Assembly (NCBI GenBank): GCA_910587325.1
Contig: CAJUKB010000006.1
Location: 831-64,830, forward strand
Length of the DNA stretch: 64,000 bases
DNA from: an uncultured Bacilli bacterium
GTDB taxonomy: Bacteria > Bacillota_I > Bacilli_A > RF39 > UBA660
Reading direction: 5' to 3'
In this document: piece after piece, positions 21,144 to 30,979 of the stretch
Layout: every line of letters begins with the position of its first letter
Numbering within the stretch: position 1 is the stretch's first letter
The notes under the pieces: generated by a model
Told to the model about the DNA's origin: nothing
Seen by the model: the letters and a program-made list of their open reading frames with translations, nothing else
The model's database searches: none
Translations under genes and position numbers: made by a program

Positions 21144-21818
21144 TTAACACCCATTATTATCACCTACAGTACTATTTTTGATTTCACTATTATCTCCGAT
21201 GTTAACAGAATTATCATTATAAACTATAGTTTCTATTTTTTCTATCACTTTTGCCTTCTTATCATCATCAGAAAAATCTATATATAATTCATCAAGGTTT
21301 CCATAATTTTCTTCTAATACTTTAAAAATATTCAATATTTTATCTTTTATAGTAGATAATATTGTATTATATGAATATATGCTTAATTCTCTTCTGGCTC
21401 TTATAACCGAACCATTTGTTTGCTGATATTTATTCACTAACACTGTATTTGCATCTAAACATAAGGAATGTTCAGATGATTCAGTTTCTGCTTCTGCTAA
21501 TTTCATGATTGTGGAAAGCGGATCATTTATATCAGCCTTTGAGAAGAATTCAAATGCTTCTTTATCAATGAAAGGAATATTAACATTTTTGTATATTGCA
21601 TATCCAACTTGGATATCTCCAACCAACATAGTACTAACCTTTCTATATTCTGGTATTTTATCATCTTTTTTATAACCATTTATTTCATTATTAACCCAAT
21701 CTTTTATTTCTGTATCATTAATATCTTCTAACATAAAATCTAAACTTTGCATAGCTTGAAGAACATTAATTTTATTCATAATTAAATCTTTTATAATTTT
21801 ACTTCTTTGTTTTGGCAT
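21144..21818 (-). CDS. Hypothetical protein between the coupling protein and hsdM
   Basis: 224-aa ORF, acidic, with an N/D/S-rich C-terminus. No motifs recognised. Confidence 0.4.
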   Translation of the reverse strand: MPKQRSKIIKDLIMNKINVLQAMQSLDFMLEDINDTEIKDWVNNEINGYKKDDKIPEYRKVSTMLVGDIQVGYAIYKNVNIPFIDKEAFEFFSKADINDPLSTIMKLAEAETESSEHSLCLDANTVLVNKYQQTNGSVIRARRELSIYSYNTILSTIKDKILNIFKVLEENYGNLDELYIDFSDDDKKAKVIEKIETIVYNDNSVNIGDNSEIKNSTVGDNNGC

Positions 21819-21880
21819 AAATACACTTCCTTAATTTTATATTATAGCATAAAAAAAGAAGCTAGTCATTGCAACTAGCT

Positions 21881-23992
21881 CTATTTCATTCCTAAACTTA
21901 AATTAGGATTTTCATTATAAATATTTATTATTGTTTTATCTTCATATTCTTTTATTTCAGTGTGATAAAATTCTGACTTTATTTTAGTATTAAGCAAAGA
22001 TTTTTCTTTTTGAATTAGTCGTCTGTCAACATCAACTTTCATATAAACTCTATGATTTACTGTAATGTTATATTTAATATCAAAGTCACTTTTGAATATC
22101 TTCTCAATTATGATTTCAACTGGTTTTAGATTTTCTTTGTCAGCAAGTTCTAAGGCATCATAATATTCTTTAGAAACTTTATTATCCCTTGATCTCTTAT
22201 TTTTTACCTCATGCTTTATATCTTCAACTGTAAAATATGTATTAGATAGGCTTTTCAATGGATTGGATGTTCTTTCAACTGTACCTGATTCATAGCAATT
22301 AAACTTGCTATATAAAATAGTATCTCTAAATATAGGAAATCCTATGATTGGAAAAATAATTGTCTTGTAGTGTAACTGCTTTACTTCCTCTGGTGTCATT
22401 AAATCTCTACCAATTAAATTGGTGGATTTATCACCATTATAATTCATCAAAGACATAGATTGTCTTACACTATTAGATTCAATAGTTTTCTTACCTAGTC
22501 TTTTTGAAATTGCTTCTGCTGTTTCTTGGGTATTAGTTTTAAGATATACCAATCCACAGTTATCAAGAATTATTTGTGCAACATCTTTACCATATACATT
22601 ATCTAACTGAGAAAAAGATTGAATAAAAAAATGAAAGTGCATTCCTCGTGATCTTGCAACAGATACTATTGCTTCTATATCAGCAAGTTGAGGACAGTTA
22701 GCAAATTCATCAAGAATAAATTCTATTTCCAAAGGCAATTTCTTTTTCTCACTGCTATTAGCAAGTTTTACTAAATCCCTGTATAGTAACCCTACTATAA
22801 TAGTTACAAGTGTGAAATATGTTTTATCTTCATCTGGGACAATTACATATAATGCAACTGGTTCTTTACCTAGAACATTAAATTCAAAATCACTTGTACT
22901 AGTAACATTTGCAACATTAATGTCATCAAATATATTCATTTTTTGACCAAACACTGCTGTAATAGATTTATATGTATTATCACTAGCACTTAATATGCTC
23001 ACTAATGCATCTTTAGATTTACTACCATACTCTTTAGTATTGATATAATCTTTAAACTTTTTAAAGTTATTTTCTTCCATAGAACTATTTTGAAATTTTC
23101 TAATACTTGTCATAGTAATCTTATCTCTAGTAATATTTCCTTCTTTATACTCTTCTAAAAAAAATCCAATTAGTCCTTCTAATAGATTCTTTGCAGAGTT
23201 ATTCCAAAAAGGATCTTTTTGCTCTACTTTTTCTTGCATCACCATCGTTGATAAAGAAGATATAAGTCTATTTGTTTCGGCATAATGTGACATAGATTCA
23301 TTATTCATTGATATTTTCTCATTTTTCAACTTTTCTATTATCTCTTTATTGTTTTTAATTTTATTATTAATTCTGGAAATATTGATAACACTTAATTTAA
23401 GTTTTTTTAGCTTATCATTCAACATATCATTTTGTTCAATATATGGATTTATAGTATTTTGAATTTCAATAGATTTATTTTCAAATTTAATATATTCTTC
23501 ATATTCTTTGATAATCGGATCTAATATATTTATCTTATTTGATAATTCTGGATTTCTAAAATCTATAGTTAATATTTTATAACCTTGATTTTGAAACATC
23601 TTTGATGTGGTTTGATAAATTTCTCCTTTTGGATCAGTGATAAAAACGCTTCGTTTCTTTTTTGCTTTTGAAATAAAAGTACAAGTCGGAATTACTGCTG
23701 TTACACTTTTACCACTACCTGTAGATCCTAAATAAACATAATGAGGTGTTTCCCTGTCAAAATAAACATATTTTAAGTCTTTGCTAAACGAAACAGGAAA
23801 CCCTGCTTCAATAATATGATTAACCTTTTCCTTTTTAAAATTACTTTTTATTTCAGCATCTGTACTAAATCTTGCTGATCCATATTCATTATCATTTTTT
23901 ACTTTATGCTTCATTAGTAATGGTTCAAGATAAATAAAGCCCAACAAAAAAACTATTAAAATCACAAGTAGGATAATTAAAGTGGTATTCAT
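21881..23992 (-). CDS. Type IV secretion coupling protein (VirD4/TraG family ATPase)
   Basis: N-terminal TM helix. Walker A YLGSTGSGKSVTAVIPT. Walker B-like LEIEFILDEFAN. 703 aa. Confidence 0.75.
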   Translation of the reverse strand: MNTTLIILLVILIVFLLGFIYLEPLLMKHKVKNDNEYGSARFSTDAEIKSNFKKEKVNHIIEAGFPVSFSKDLKYVYFDRETPHYVYLGSTGSGKSVTAVIPTCTFISKAKKKRSVFITDPKGEIYQTTSKMFQNQGYKILTIDFRNPELSNKINILDPIIKEYEEYIKFENKSIEIQNTINPYIEQNDMLNDKLKKLKLSVINISRINNKIKNNKEIIEKLKNEKISMNNESMSHYAETNRLISSLSTMVMQEKVEQKDPFWNNSAKNLLEGLIGFFLEEYKEGNITRDKITMTSIRKFQNSSMEENNFKKFKDYINTKEYGSKSKDALVSILSASDNTYKSITAVFGQKMNIFDDINVANVTSTSDFEFNVLGKEPVALYVIVPDEDKTYFTLVTIIVGLLYRDLVKLANSSEKKKLPLEIEFILDEFANCPQLADIEAIVSVARSRGMHFHFFIQSFSQLDNVYGKDVAQIILDNCGLVYLKTNTQETAEAISKRLGKKTIESNSVRQSMSLMNYNGDKSTNLIGRDLMTPEEVKQLHYKTIIFPIIGFPIFRDTILYSKFNCYESGTVERTSNPLKSLSNTYFTVEDIKHEVKNKRSRDNKVSKEYYDALELADKENLKPVEIIIEKIFKSDFDIKYNITVNHRVYMKVDVDRRLIQKEKSLLNTKIKSEFYHTEIKEYEDKTIINIYNENPNLSLGMK

Positions 23993-24438
23993 ACTATATC
24001 ATATCCTTTATCTAATTCTCTACAGTAATCTATAATTTTATCTAGTGTATCATTTGAATCTAAAGAACAAAGATACCTTTCTAAATCATCTTCTTGATCT
24101 TCAGTAATTTTAATATCATTATCATTTAAATAGGAATATGCAAAGTACTTCATAATATCATCTTTATATTCATATAGTTCTTGCTCAAAAGCATAATACT
24201 GTCCCTGTTGAATCTGCTTTATTATGTCATTAGGATTACCAAATTCTTTAGTTGCTTCATCAATATACCATAAATTATTCTTTCCCCATTCAAATAAATC
24301 TGATGTATATATAGCCACATTGCTATTAGCAATTTCGGAAAACACATCACCAATATAACCAGAATCATAATTTGCAATATCTGAACCATAACAAAATTTT
24401 AGTTCTAATTTTAAATTATTTATTATATCATCATACAT
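23989..24438 (-). CDS. Highly acidic small protein (candidate anti-restriction / DNA-mimic)
   Basis: 149 aa, strongly acidic (D/E/Y-rich). First of three consecutive acidic ORFs. Confidence 0.4.
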   Translation of the reverse strand: MYDDIINNLKLELKFCYGSDIANYDSGYIGDVFSEIANSNVAIYTSDLFEWGKNNLWYIDEATKEFGNPNDIIKQIQQGQYYAFEQELYEYKDDIMKYFAYSYLNDNDIKITEDQEDDLERYLCSLDSNDTLDKIIDYCRELDKGYDIV

Positions 24439-24462
24439 ACTTTTCCTCCCATAATAAAAGAA

Positions 24463-25053
24463 CTATTCAAGTTCTATGTTATCTTTTTTCTTTTGCTCTA
24501 AATAATCACTATATTCCAAATCCTGACTTAACCATTTATCTGCATATTCATAGTCCTCTAATGGAAACTCTTCAATCCAATAATTTTCTGGTGGACAGGC
24601 TGTAGCATCTATACAAACAATCTGATTATGTTCATCAAAATAATAAAATGAAACTTCATTGCTTTTAATTATATAATCGTTGTATAAATCTTTTATATCT
24701 TCATATCTATCAAGTGTACTTTTATATATTTTATTATTCTTTTCAGCTAAATACTTATCAGCTTTAAATCTTAACAAATCTATTTTATCTATATCAAAAT
24801 ATTCTATAAGTTGTTTTTCTTCTTCATGGCTAACATCTTCTGGATCAATTGATGATCCATATATATGATTTGTTCCATCAGTAAAACATATTTGATTATC
24901 ATTCAAATGCTCTTTTACCCCAAAATAAATATTAGTATATCTATCTCTTTCCGACCCTTCAGAACTGTAAATACAATCTTCAAAAAAAGCCATCACTTCA
25001 CTTTTTGATTCAAATTTCATTAAATCTCCACCACAATTAACATATATATTCAT
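24463..25053 (-). CDS. Highly acidic hypothetical protein
   Basis: 196 aa, D/E-rich, no catalytic motifs. Confidence 0.4.
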   Translation of the reverse strand: MNIYVNCGGDLMKFESKSEVMAFFEDCIYSSEGSERDRYTNIYFGVKEHLNDNQICFTDGTNHIYGSSIDPEDVSHEEEKQLIEYFDIDKIDLLRFKADKYLAEKNNKIYKSTLDRYEDIKDLYNDYIIKSNEVSFYYFDEHNQIVCIDATACPPENYWIEEFPLEDYEYADKWLSQDLEYSDYLEQKKKDNIELE

Positions 25054-25487
25054 ATTTTAAAGTCCTTCTTATCGTATTGGTTCATATTATCTTTAACCCA
25101 TTCATCATCAAACTCTCTTATCATACTAGGATATTCTAAATCCTGTTCCTCCTCATTCTGACTTTCATAGGATAATTCATCATAATCATCATAATATTCG
25201 CCTATTCTTGCATATCTATAAGACATATCTTTTTCTTCTAAATGCTTTAGTCCTTCCATGATTGCTGTTACATCTTCATAATCTTCACAATAGTCATACC
25301 ATTTAATTGAATCCCAACCAAAATATTTTGACCATTTATTTTCACTTATTATTTTGCAGTCATCTAAAAGATTACCATAGGTATAATTATTTTGTTTTAA
25401 ATAATTATTAGTAAATTTTTTTAGTTCATCAAAACCTTTTTTTGATGTAATTATTCTTACATCTGATCTATAGCCCATACATTTCAT
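25050..25487 (-). CDS. Highly acidic hypothetical protein
   Basis: 145 aa, D/E/Y-rich C-terminal half. Overlapping start/stop with its neighbours. Confidence 0.4.
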   Translation of the reverse strand: MKCMGYRSDVRIITSKKGFDELKKFTNNYLKQNNYTYGNLLDDCKIISENKWSKYFGWDSIKWYDYCEDYEDVTAIMEGLKHLEEKDMSYRYARIGEYYDDYDELSYESQNEEEQDLEYPSMIREFDDEWVKDNMNQYDKKDFKI

Positions 25488-25552
25488 CTCCTCTCTTTCT
25501 AATAAGACACAAAAAAACAGATCAATTTACGATCTGTCCCTTTTTATATTTA

Positions 25553-26719
25553 TTAAAATATTTCTTTAAATGCTATCACCATTTCATCTATACTTTTATA
25601 TCTTTCAGAAATATTACCAGATATTCCTTTACTAACAAACTTTTTGATTTTCTCATTTGTAATTTTTTCAAGATTTGTTTTTCCAGTCATAACAAACAGT
25701 ATTAATCTTGTCAGTGCATAAGTTTCATATTCTATTGAGTAATTTTTAAAACCTATAACTGCCAAGTTACTATCATTTAATGAGCCTTTTATATCAGAAT
25801 CTGTAGAGGTTAAATTACTATCTTTTTCTTTAACTAATCCAAAGTCAGATATTTTTATTATATCAGAATTATCATAATGTTTTATCAAAATATTTGTTAA
25901 GCTGATATCTCTATGAAGCAATCCTTTACTATGTATATATGAAAATGCTTTAAAAATTTGATATACCAAATTTTTTCTCTTTTCCAAAGATATTTTACTA
26001 TTATTTTTTATTATATAATTATACAAAGTTTCATCAATAAATTCAGCATAATATTCGTTATTATTTTCATCATATCTATATACTTTTAAAACATATAGTG
26101 AATTTAACTTTTGCATTGTTATAAATTCCTTTTTAAATCTTTCTAACTCCTTTTCTGTTAAATTTTTTTTTGCCTTTTTTATTATTACTGGGACATTATA
26201 AAATTCATCAAAATATTTAAACACATGTGCATAAGATCCTTCACCAACTAGAGTTAATTTATATCTTTTTTCAATGTTATTCTGATTTAACTTAACCGTT
26301 TTTGTAAAAAAGAATATAGGCTCATAGTCTACTATTCTTATATGGGTTAAGTCATCTGGTATAGTACTTCCACCACTTGGTACTAAGAACTTTTTACATT
26401 CATCAAAAAAATCTTTATATTCCTTATTAATATCAAAAGCAAAAGTTGAGTCCTTTAAAACATACCTAATATTTTCATACAAATCAATATAATGAATTAA
26501 CTCTCTACTTTCATTAGCATTAAAATGTCCATTGGTTTTATGATACATAAAATCAATTAGGCTATTTATTTCTTGATGCAAAGTAGCAAAAATTAGTTTT
26601 ATATATTTATTATCAATATCATCATACAGTTCTTCTGTTTTAATTGCTCTATCAATTTGAATTTCACTATATTTTTGTTTTAAAAAATATTCTATATTAA
26701 TTGCCATTTTACACCTCAC
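25553..26719 (-). CDS. Eukaryotic-like Ser/Thr protein kinase with an N-terminal ~140-aa domain of unknown function
   Basis: Kinase subdomains are present. Gly loop LVGEGSYAHVF. VAIK-like VIIKKAK. Catalytic loop HRDISLTNILI. DFG motif ISDFGL. Confidence 0.75.
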   Translation of the reverse strand: MRCKMAINIEYFLKQKYSEIQIDRAIKTEELYDDIDNKYIKLIFATLHQEINSLIDFMYHKTNGHFNANESRELIHYIDLYENIRYVLKDSTFAFDINKEYKDFFDECKKFLVPSGGSTIPDDLTHIRIVDYEPIFFFTKTVKLNQNNIEKRYKLTLVGEGSYAHVFKYFDEFYNVPVIIKKAKKNLTEKELERFKKEFITMQKLNSLYVLKVYRYDENNNEYYAEFIDETLYNYIIKNNSKISLEKRKNLVYQIFKAFSYIHSKGLLHRDISLTNILIKHYDNSDIIKISDFGLVKEKDSNLTSTDSDIKGSLNDSNLAVIGFKNYSIEYETYALTRLILFVMTGKTNLEKITNEKIKKFVSKGISGNISERYKSIDEMVIAFKEIF

Positions 26720-26747
26720 ATAGTTAAAACTAATACCATTATATCAC

Positions 26748-28031
26748 TTATTTATCATATTCTTTATCCATTTTAAATAACTTATCAAAATCTCTTTCTG
26801 CTTCTTCCAATTCATCATTTATACTTTTTACTGCTTGTCTAATTTGGTATTTATTTTTAAATTTATTACTACTTGGATTGGATGACAAATAGTTTAACAA
26901 AATGGTATATTTTGACTGTTTATTATTTCTTTTGTATTGCTTATAAACAATTTCTTGAATTAAATCATTTTCCGTAATTTTTGTTTTATTATGGTGATAA
27001 TAAGCATGATTGATTATGGCATTTAAAACATAATTATCTAAATACTTTTGTTTTTCTTTTATTAATGAATTATCTACTATATTTGAATTATTACTTTTAG
27101 CAATCTTGATAAAATAATCATTAATACTTACTAAATTTTTTTTAAATTGCATATATTCATCTTTAAAATTAGAATCTTTTGAAAAGATATATTTTTTTAT
27201 TTCTTTTGTTAGAGCCTTTATCTCTTTATCCTTAATAGAATTAAATTTTATTCTTGTATTTGAAGATTCTCTTTTTTCAGATATTAAATTGCCTAACTTA
27301 ACAATTTTATCTTCTAATAAAATATCTTCTTTATCACGAAGTAAAAAATTTTTTTCTTTTGGATTAAAATATCTTTTTAAAGATTCAATCTCTTGATTAG
27401 TTTCTTTTAGTAAAGGTGTAAATACTTTTTCTTTTTCAATATAATGTTCTATCTCATTTTTTAAAAATCCTAACTCTTTTTGTGATAACTTACCAGCATG
27501 TCTATATTTTAATTCTTTTCCATAAGATTTATAATTGGGTTTCTTTTCAGCAAATGATAAATGAAAATGAAGATTATCTTGATCAGTATGAAGTGAAAAC
27601 TGATAACTTATATTTTTAATATCAGCATAGCCACACTTTTTTAGAAACATTGGAATAATATGTTTAGCCATTGCCTTTTCAAATTGAGGGATATTCACAC
27701 TTTTTTCTAAATATCCTTCAGGAAAAGAAATGACTAATTTGTTAATATTAGAATTTTCAATATATCTTGCATATTGCTTTTTCCTTTTTTCAATTTCATC
27801 TTTGGTAGCATATTCACCATTTTCAAACATAATATTCATTTCTTCATTTTTACCAAATTTACCACTAAAATAATCTAGCATAAAAAATGCTTTTTTCTTA
27901 TTATCAGAATAATAATCAAACATATTCATTGTGGAATCATATACTGATTGTTGAGTTTTATATTTATTATTAAGACTTTTGTAGCTAGGAGTAAACATAT
28001 TCATAACAACTACTTTAGGGGTGTTAGTCAT
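26748..28031 (-). CDS. Conjugative relaxase, MOBP-type (relaxase/mobilisation nuclease domain)
   Basis: Three-His metal motif HTDQDNLHFHLSF (HxDxDxxHxH). Start set to MTNTPK at 28031 because the ORF-track start overlaps the upstream RHH gene. Confidence 0.7.
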   Translation of the reverse strand: MTNTPKVVVMNMFTPSYKSLNNKYKTQQSVYDSTMNMFDYYSDNKKKAFFMLDYFSGKFGKNEEMNIMFENGEYATKDEIEKRKKQYARYIENSNINKLVISFPEGYLEKSVNIPQFEKAMAKHIIPMFLKKCGYADIKNISYQFSLHTDQDNLHFHLSFAEKKPNYKSYGKELKYRHAGKLSQKELGFLKNEIEHYIEKEKVFTPLLKETNQEIESLKRYFNPKEKNFLLRDKEDILLEDKIVKLGNLISEKRESSNTRIKFNSIKDKEIKALTKEIKKYIFSKDSNFKDEYMQFKKNLVSINDYFIKIAKSNNSNIVDNSLIKEKQKYLDNYVLNAIINHAYYHHNKTKITENDLIQEIVYKQYKRNNKQSKYTILLNYLSSNPSSNKFKNKYQIRQAVKSINDELEEAERDFDKLFKMDKEYDK

Positions 28032-28347
28032 TATATTTATCCTTATATCGTTCAGACTTGAATTTTTGTAAAGCTTTATTATTATTTGGATTAAAAACTT
28101 TTTCAATTTCCATATCTGCATAAAATTGTTCTAATAAATCTTTTATATAAATCTGCCTAGAGTATATCTTTTCCATCAAAGAATTATTTAAATCTAACTT
28201 TTTATTGGTATCAATATTATTTAAACCTTGTTCAATTAATTTTCTAACAGCTTGAGAATATTTCAAATCATTAGCAGTACTATAATCTCTTATTCTCTTA
28301 TCTAATTCATTAGTTAATGAAATATGGGGACTTATCATAATATTCAC
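28024..28347 (-). CDS. Ribbon-helix-helix relaxosome accessory protein (MobC/CopG-like)
   Basis: 107 aa. Beta-strand ISLTNELDKRI then helix YSQAVRKLIEQGL. Its stop overlaps the relaxase start by 8 nt. Confidence 0.45.
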   Translation of the reverse strand: MNIMISPHISLTNELDKRIRDYSTANDLKYSQAVRKLIEQGLNNIDTNKKLDLNNSLMEKIYSRQIYIKDLLEQFYADMEIEKVFNPNNNKALQKFKSERYKDKYND

Positions 28348-28788
28348 CTATATATCTCTTCCCATATATTTAGCATTTTCTTTTAAATGGTTTTGAATCA
28401 AATTTTCATATTCATCTGAATTTTCAATATCATAAGAAATTTGCCATACTTCTTCTATTTCATAATCCACACCATTAGATTGACCGAGTTCATAAATTTT
28501 TTTCTCAAGTTTAGACATTAATCCATCAAAGTAAAATACCATATCAAATTCTTGTCTTTCTTCATCATAATCTAATTGAGCAACATTCTCATTTGAATGA
28601 ACATCATTAATAATTTCTTTAATATGTGATTTTACATAATTTCTAGTATCATCATCATAATCATCTAAAAAGTCATTTAAACTAACAATATAATTAAAAC
28701 TAGATGTTGTATCCATGCCATAGTTTACTATATCATTTGCTATTAGTTTGCTTATACTTAATTTTTCCATACTTTTCCTCCTTCTCAT
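28348..28788 (-). CDS. Hypothetical acidic protein
   Basis: 146-aa ORF in the relaxase operon. Confidence 0.4.
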   Translation of the reverse strand: MRRRKSMEKLSISKLIANDIVNYGMDTTSSFNYIVSLNDFLDDYDDDTRNYVKSHIKEIINDVHSNENVAQLDYDEERQEFDMVFYFDGLMSKLEKKIYELGQSNGVDYEIEEVWQISYDIENSDEYENLIQNHLKENAKYMGRDI

Positions 28789-28915
28789 AAATAGTTAATA
28801 ATCCTACTTCGATTATTTCAATTAACATATCATTAATACTTATTCCTCTAGAATCAGCTTCTACTTTAACTCTTTTAAATAATATATCTTTTATTCTTAA
28901 TAAAAATCTGTGCAT
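28733..28915 (-). CDS. Small RHH-like putative regulator
   Basis: 60 aa. RVKVEADSRGISINDMLIEIIEVGL resembles a CopG-type strand-helix. First ORF after the repeat-rich intergenic region. Confidence 0.3.
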   Translation of the reverse strand: MHRFLLRIKDILFKRVKVEADSRGISINDMLIEIIEVGLLTIYEKEEKYGKIKYKQTNSK

Positions 28916-28937
28916 TTTATCACCTTTCTTTTTGGTT

Positions 28938-29155
28938 TTAATTGGTTTAGTTTAGACCATAGTTTTCAAAATTATTATTACTAATAATTTAAGAGCATAA
29001 GAAGTTGATATCAACACTTTAAATAAAGACTTATAAAATAAGACTTTAGTGTGATATCAAACATATTTTGCACTTGCAAAATGAATCCATTACTATGGTC
29101 TAAACTAATAAATAATCCCTTATATAATAAGGATTTTTTATGGTCTAAACTATGG
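28938..29155. promoter_or_regulatory. Candidate oriT / control region upstream of the relaxase operon: three copies of GGTCTAAACTA plus palindromes
   Basis: TAGTTTAGACCATAGTT (28938-54) is the reverse complement of ACTATGGTCTAAACTA (29091-106). A third, direct copy lies at 29139-55. A hairpin AATCCCTTATATAATAAGGATT lies between. The palindrome GTTGATATCAAC and TGATATCA lie upstream. Confidence 0.4.
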
Positions 29156-30088
29156 TTTGTTTTTGTTGTTTATATTAAAATCTAAATATTGATTATGGTC
29201 TAATCCATTATTAAAGTCTGGTTTATATAAGGGTGTTTTTTCTGAAAAATCTATCAAACTCATCCCATCTACATTGTTTCCATCCAATTGTACTTGATAA
29301 TGTAAATGAGGTCCAGTCGAATAACCAGTTGTCCCAACTCCTGCAAGCTCATCACCTGCTTTTACCTGATCTCCCTCTTTTACTTTTGATGAACCTGGAT
29401 ACAAATGTGCATACCATACTGTATAAGTTACTTCATCATCTATTTCACATTTAATTTTAATTTGATTGCCTCCACCTGCTGATGTGTTCGTAACATTTTC
29501 ATTTTGTGTAAAACTTACTTGAGTTACTATTCCATCACATGTAGCATAAACTGGTGTCTGATTACCTGCTGCTAAGTCCCATGCTGTATGTACATCTGAT
29601 TCTCCAAAAACAATTCTTTCTTCCATAAAAAAAGATGTAATTGTTGCTTTAGAAAAATCAATTGGTGAATTAAAAGGTTTGTTTTGCGCTTCATCAATCT
29701 GATTACTAGAATCTAAATTCCTACATACATCATAATTCTTATATTTTTGTAACTCACATACTTCACTTATGGTCATCATTTTATTAGTATCTGTATCTAT
29801 ATTATCCATATAAATATCATAAAATGATAGCTGGTCATTCTCTAAATAAAAGTATAGAATTCTATTTAATGGAACATATCCATATCCATTTTTTAAAGCC
29901 TTATTTAAAGTAGATTTATACTGATCTGCATAATCCATATTATTCTCAACATAATCATCAGTAATATTTGCTCCAAAAAAATCCAATATCATTAAGCAAG
30001 GAATAATTATTACAAGTGCCATAGTTACCATTCCTATACTACTTCCCATAACTAATTTCATTATTTTACTTTTTTTGTTTTTCTTCAC
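29150..30088 (-). CDS. Membrane-anchored M23 family peptidoglycan endopeptidase (conjugation-associated cell-wall hydrolase)
   Basis: N-terminal TM/signal. M23 motifs HTAWDLAAG ... GPHLHYQV in the C-terminal part. Confidence 0.8.
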   Translation of the reverse strand: MKKNKKSKIMKLVMGSSIGMVTMALVIIIPCLMILDFFGANITDDYVENNMDYADQYKSTLNKALKNGYGYVPLNRILYFYLENDQLSFYDIYMDNIDTDTNKMMTISEVCELQKYKNYDVCRNLDSSNQIDEAQNKPFNSPIDFSKATITSFFMEERIVFGESDVHTAWDLAAGNQTPVYATCDGIVTQVSFTQNENVTNTSAGGGNQIKIKCEIDDEVTYTVWYAHLYPGSSKVKEGDQVKAGDELAGVGTTGYSTGPHLHYQVQLDGNNVDGMSLIDFSEKTPLYKPDFNNGLDHNQYLDFNINNKNKP

Positions 30089-30124
30089 TTATCTACCTCC
30101 ATAAAAAAAGATAGATTCCTCTAT

Positions 30125-30904
30125 CTATTTACTTGATATATCATTTGATATAATTTTCTCAACAATCTTATTATTATCAATATCTATAATAATAAGATCA
30201 ATTATCTGAATTAGATATTTTTGTACAGTATTAAAATCTTTTACAATTCTGTATACAGAATCAGGCATTACTCGTAAAAAAGTGTTTTCTGATAAAGATG
30301 TTATTGCAATAGAGTATCGATGTGTCATTTGATTTCTTAATTCACAAATATAATCATGGACACCTTTATTTATGTCTGAATCTGTAATATCAAACTTTTC
30401 ACTGATATAAGATAATATTTCTTGAAAGTTCATTTCATTGCAACCTTTATTTGATAGCTCTGTAATAATATTTTTATAACTAACCTTTTTAACATCCTTG
30501 CCTAAATTATAATATAAATTTAATAATTGGGCCAAAGAATCCCATAATATAATTTCTCTAAATAAAGCATTTTCAAAATAATAACAAGCATTATTCTCAT
30601 TTTCACTTAAGATGTTATTCATTGGATTAAATGTATTATAATTAACTTTTTGATATTCATCTATACATTTTTCAATAGAGATTCTTGTTTTATTAGACAG
30701 ATCATTTATTGATTCTATAAAATGATTGTACTTAAAAAATTTCTTAATATCACTATCCACTGTATTTCCAATTATTCCTGCAATATATTTACCATTTTCA
30801 AAGTTTATATGCAAATTTTTCAAATTTATTTTATATTCGTTTAATAAAACTAAGAGTTCTTTTTTATCTTTTTCATTTATCAACGGTTTAAAATCTTTCT
30901 TCAT
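30125..30904 (-). CDS. Hypothetical protein with possible HEPN-type Rx4H motif (Abi-like)
   Basis: 259 aa, mostly helical. ELRNQMTHRYS fits the HEPN Rx4-6H motif. No other motifs. Confidence 0.4.
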   Translation of the reverse strand: MKKDFKPLINEKDKKELLVLLNEYKINLKNLHINFENGKYIAGIIGNTVDSDIKKFFKYNHFIESINDLSNKTRISIEKCIDEYQKVNYNTFNPMNNILSENENNACYYFENALFREIILWDSLAQLLNLYYNLGKDVKKVSYKNIITELSNKGCNEMNFQEILSYISEKFDITDSDINKGVHDYICELRNQMTHRYSIAITSLSENTFLRVMPDSVYRIVKDFNTVQKYLIQIIDLIIIDIDNNKIVEKIISNDISSK

Positions 30905-30979
30905 CTCTTCAATCCTTTCTATTTTAATGGGATTTAATTGCCAATTATAATTTTACCACAAATCTATTGCTAATATCTA

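Noticed and set aside
29233-29454. 73-aa plus-strand ORF inside the M23 peptidase gene
   Set aside because: Antisense to a motif-supported gene. L/H-rich.
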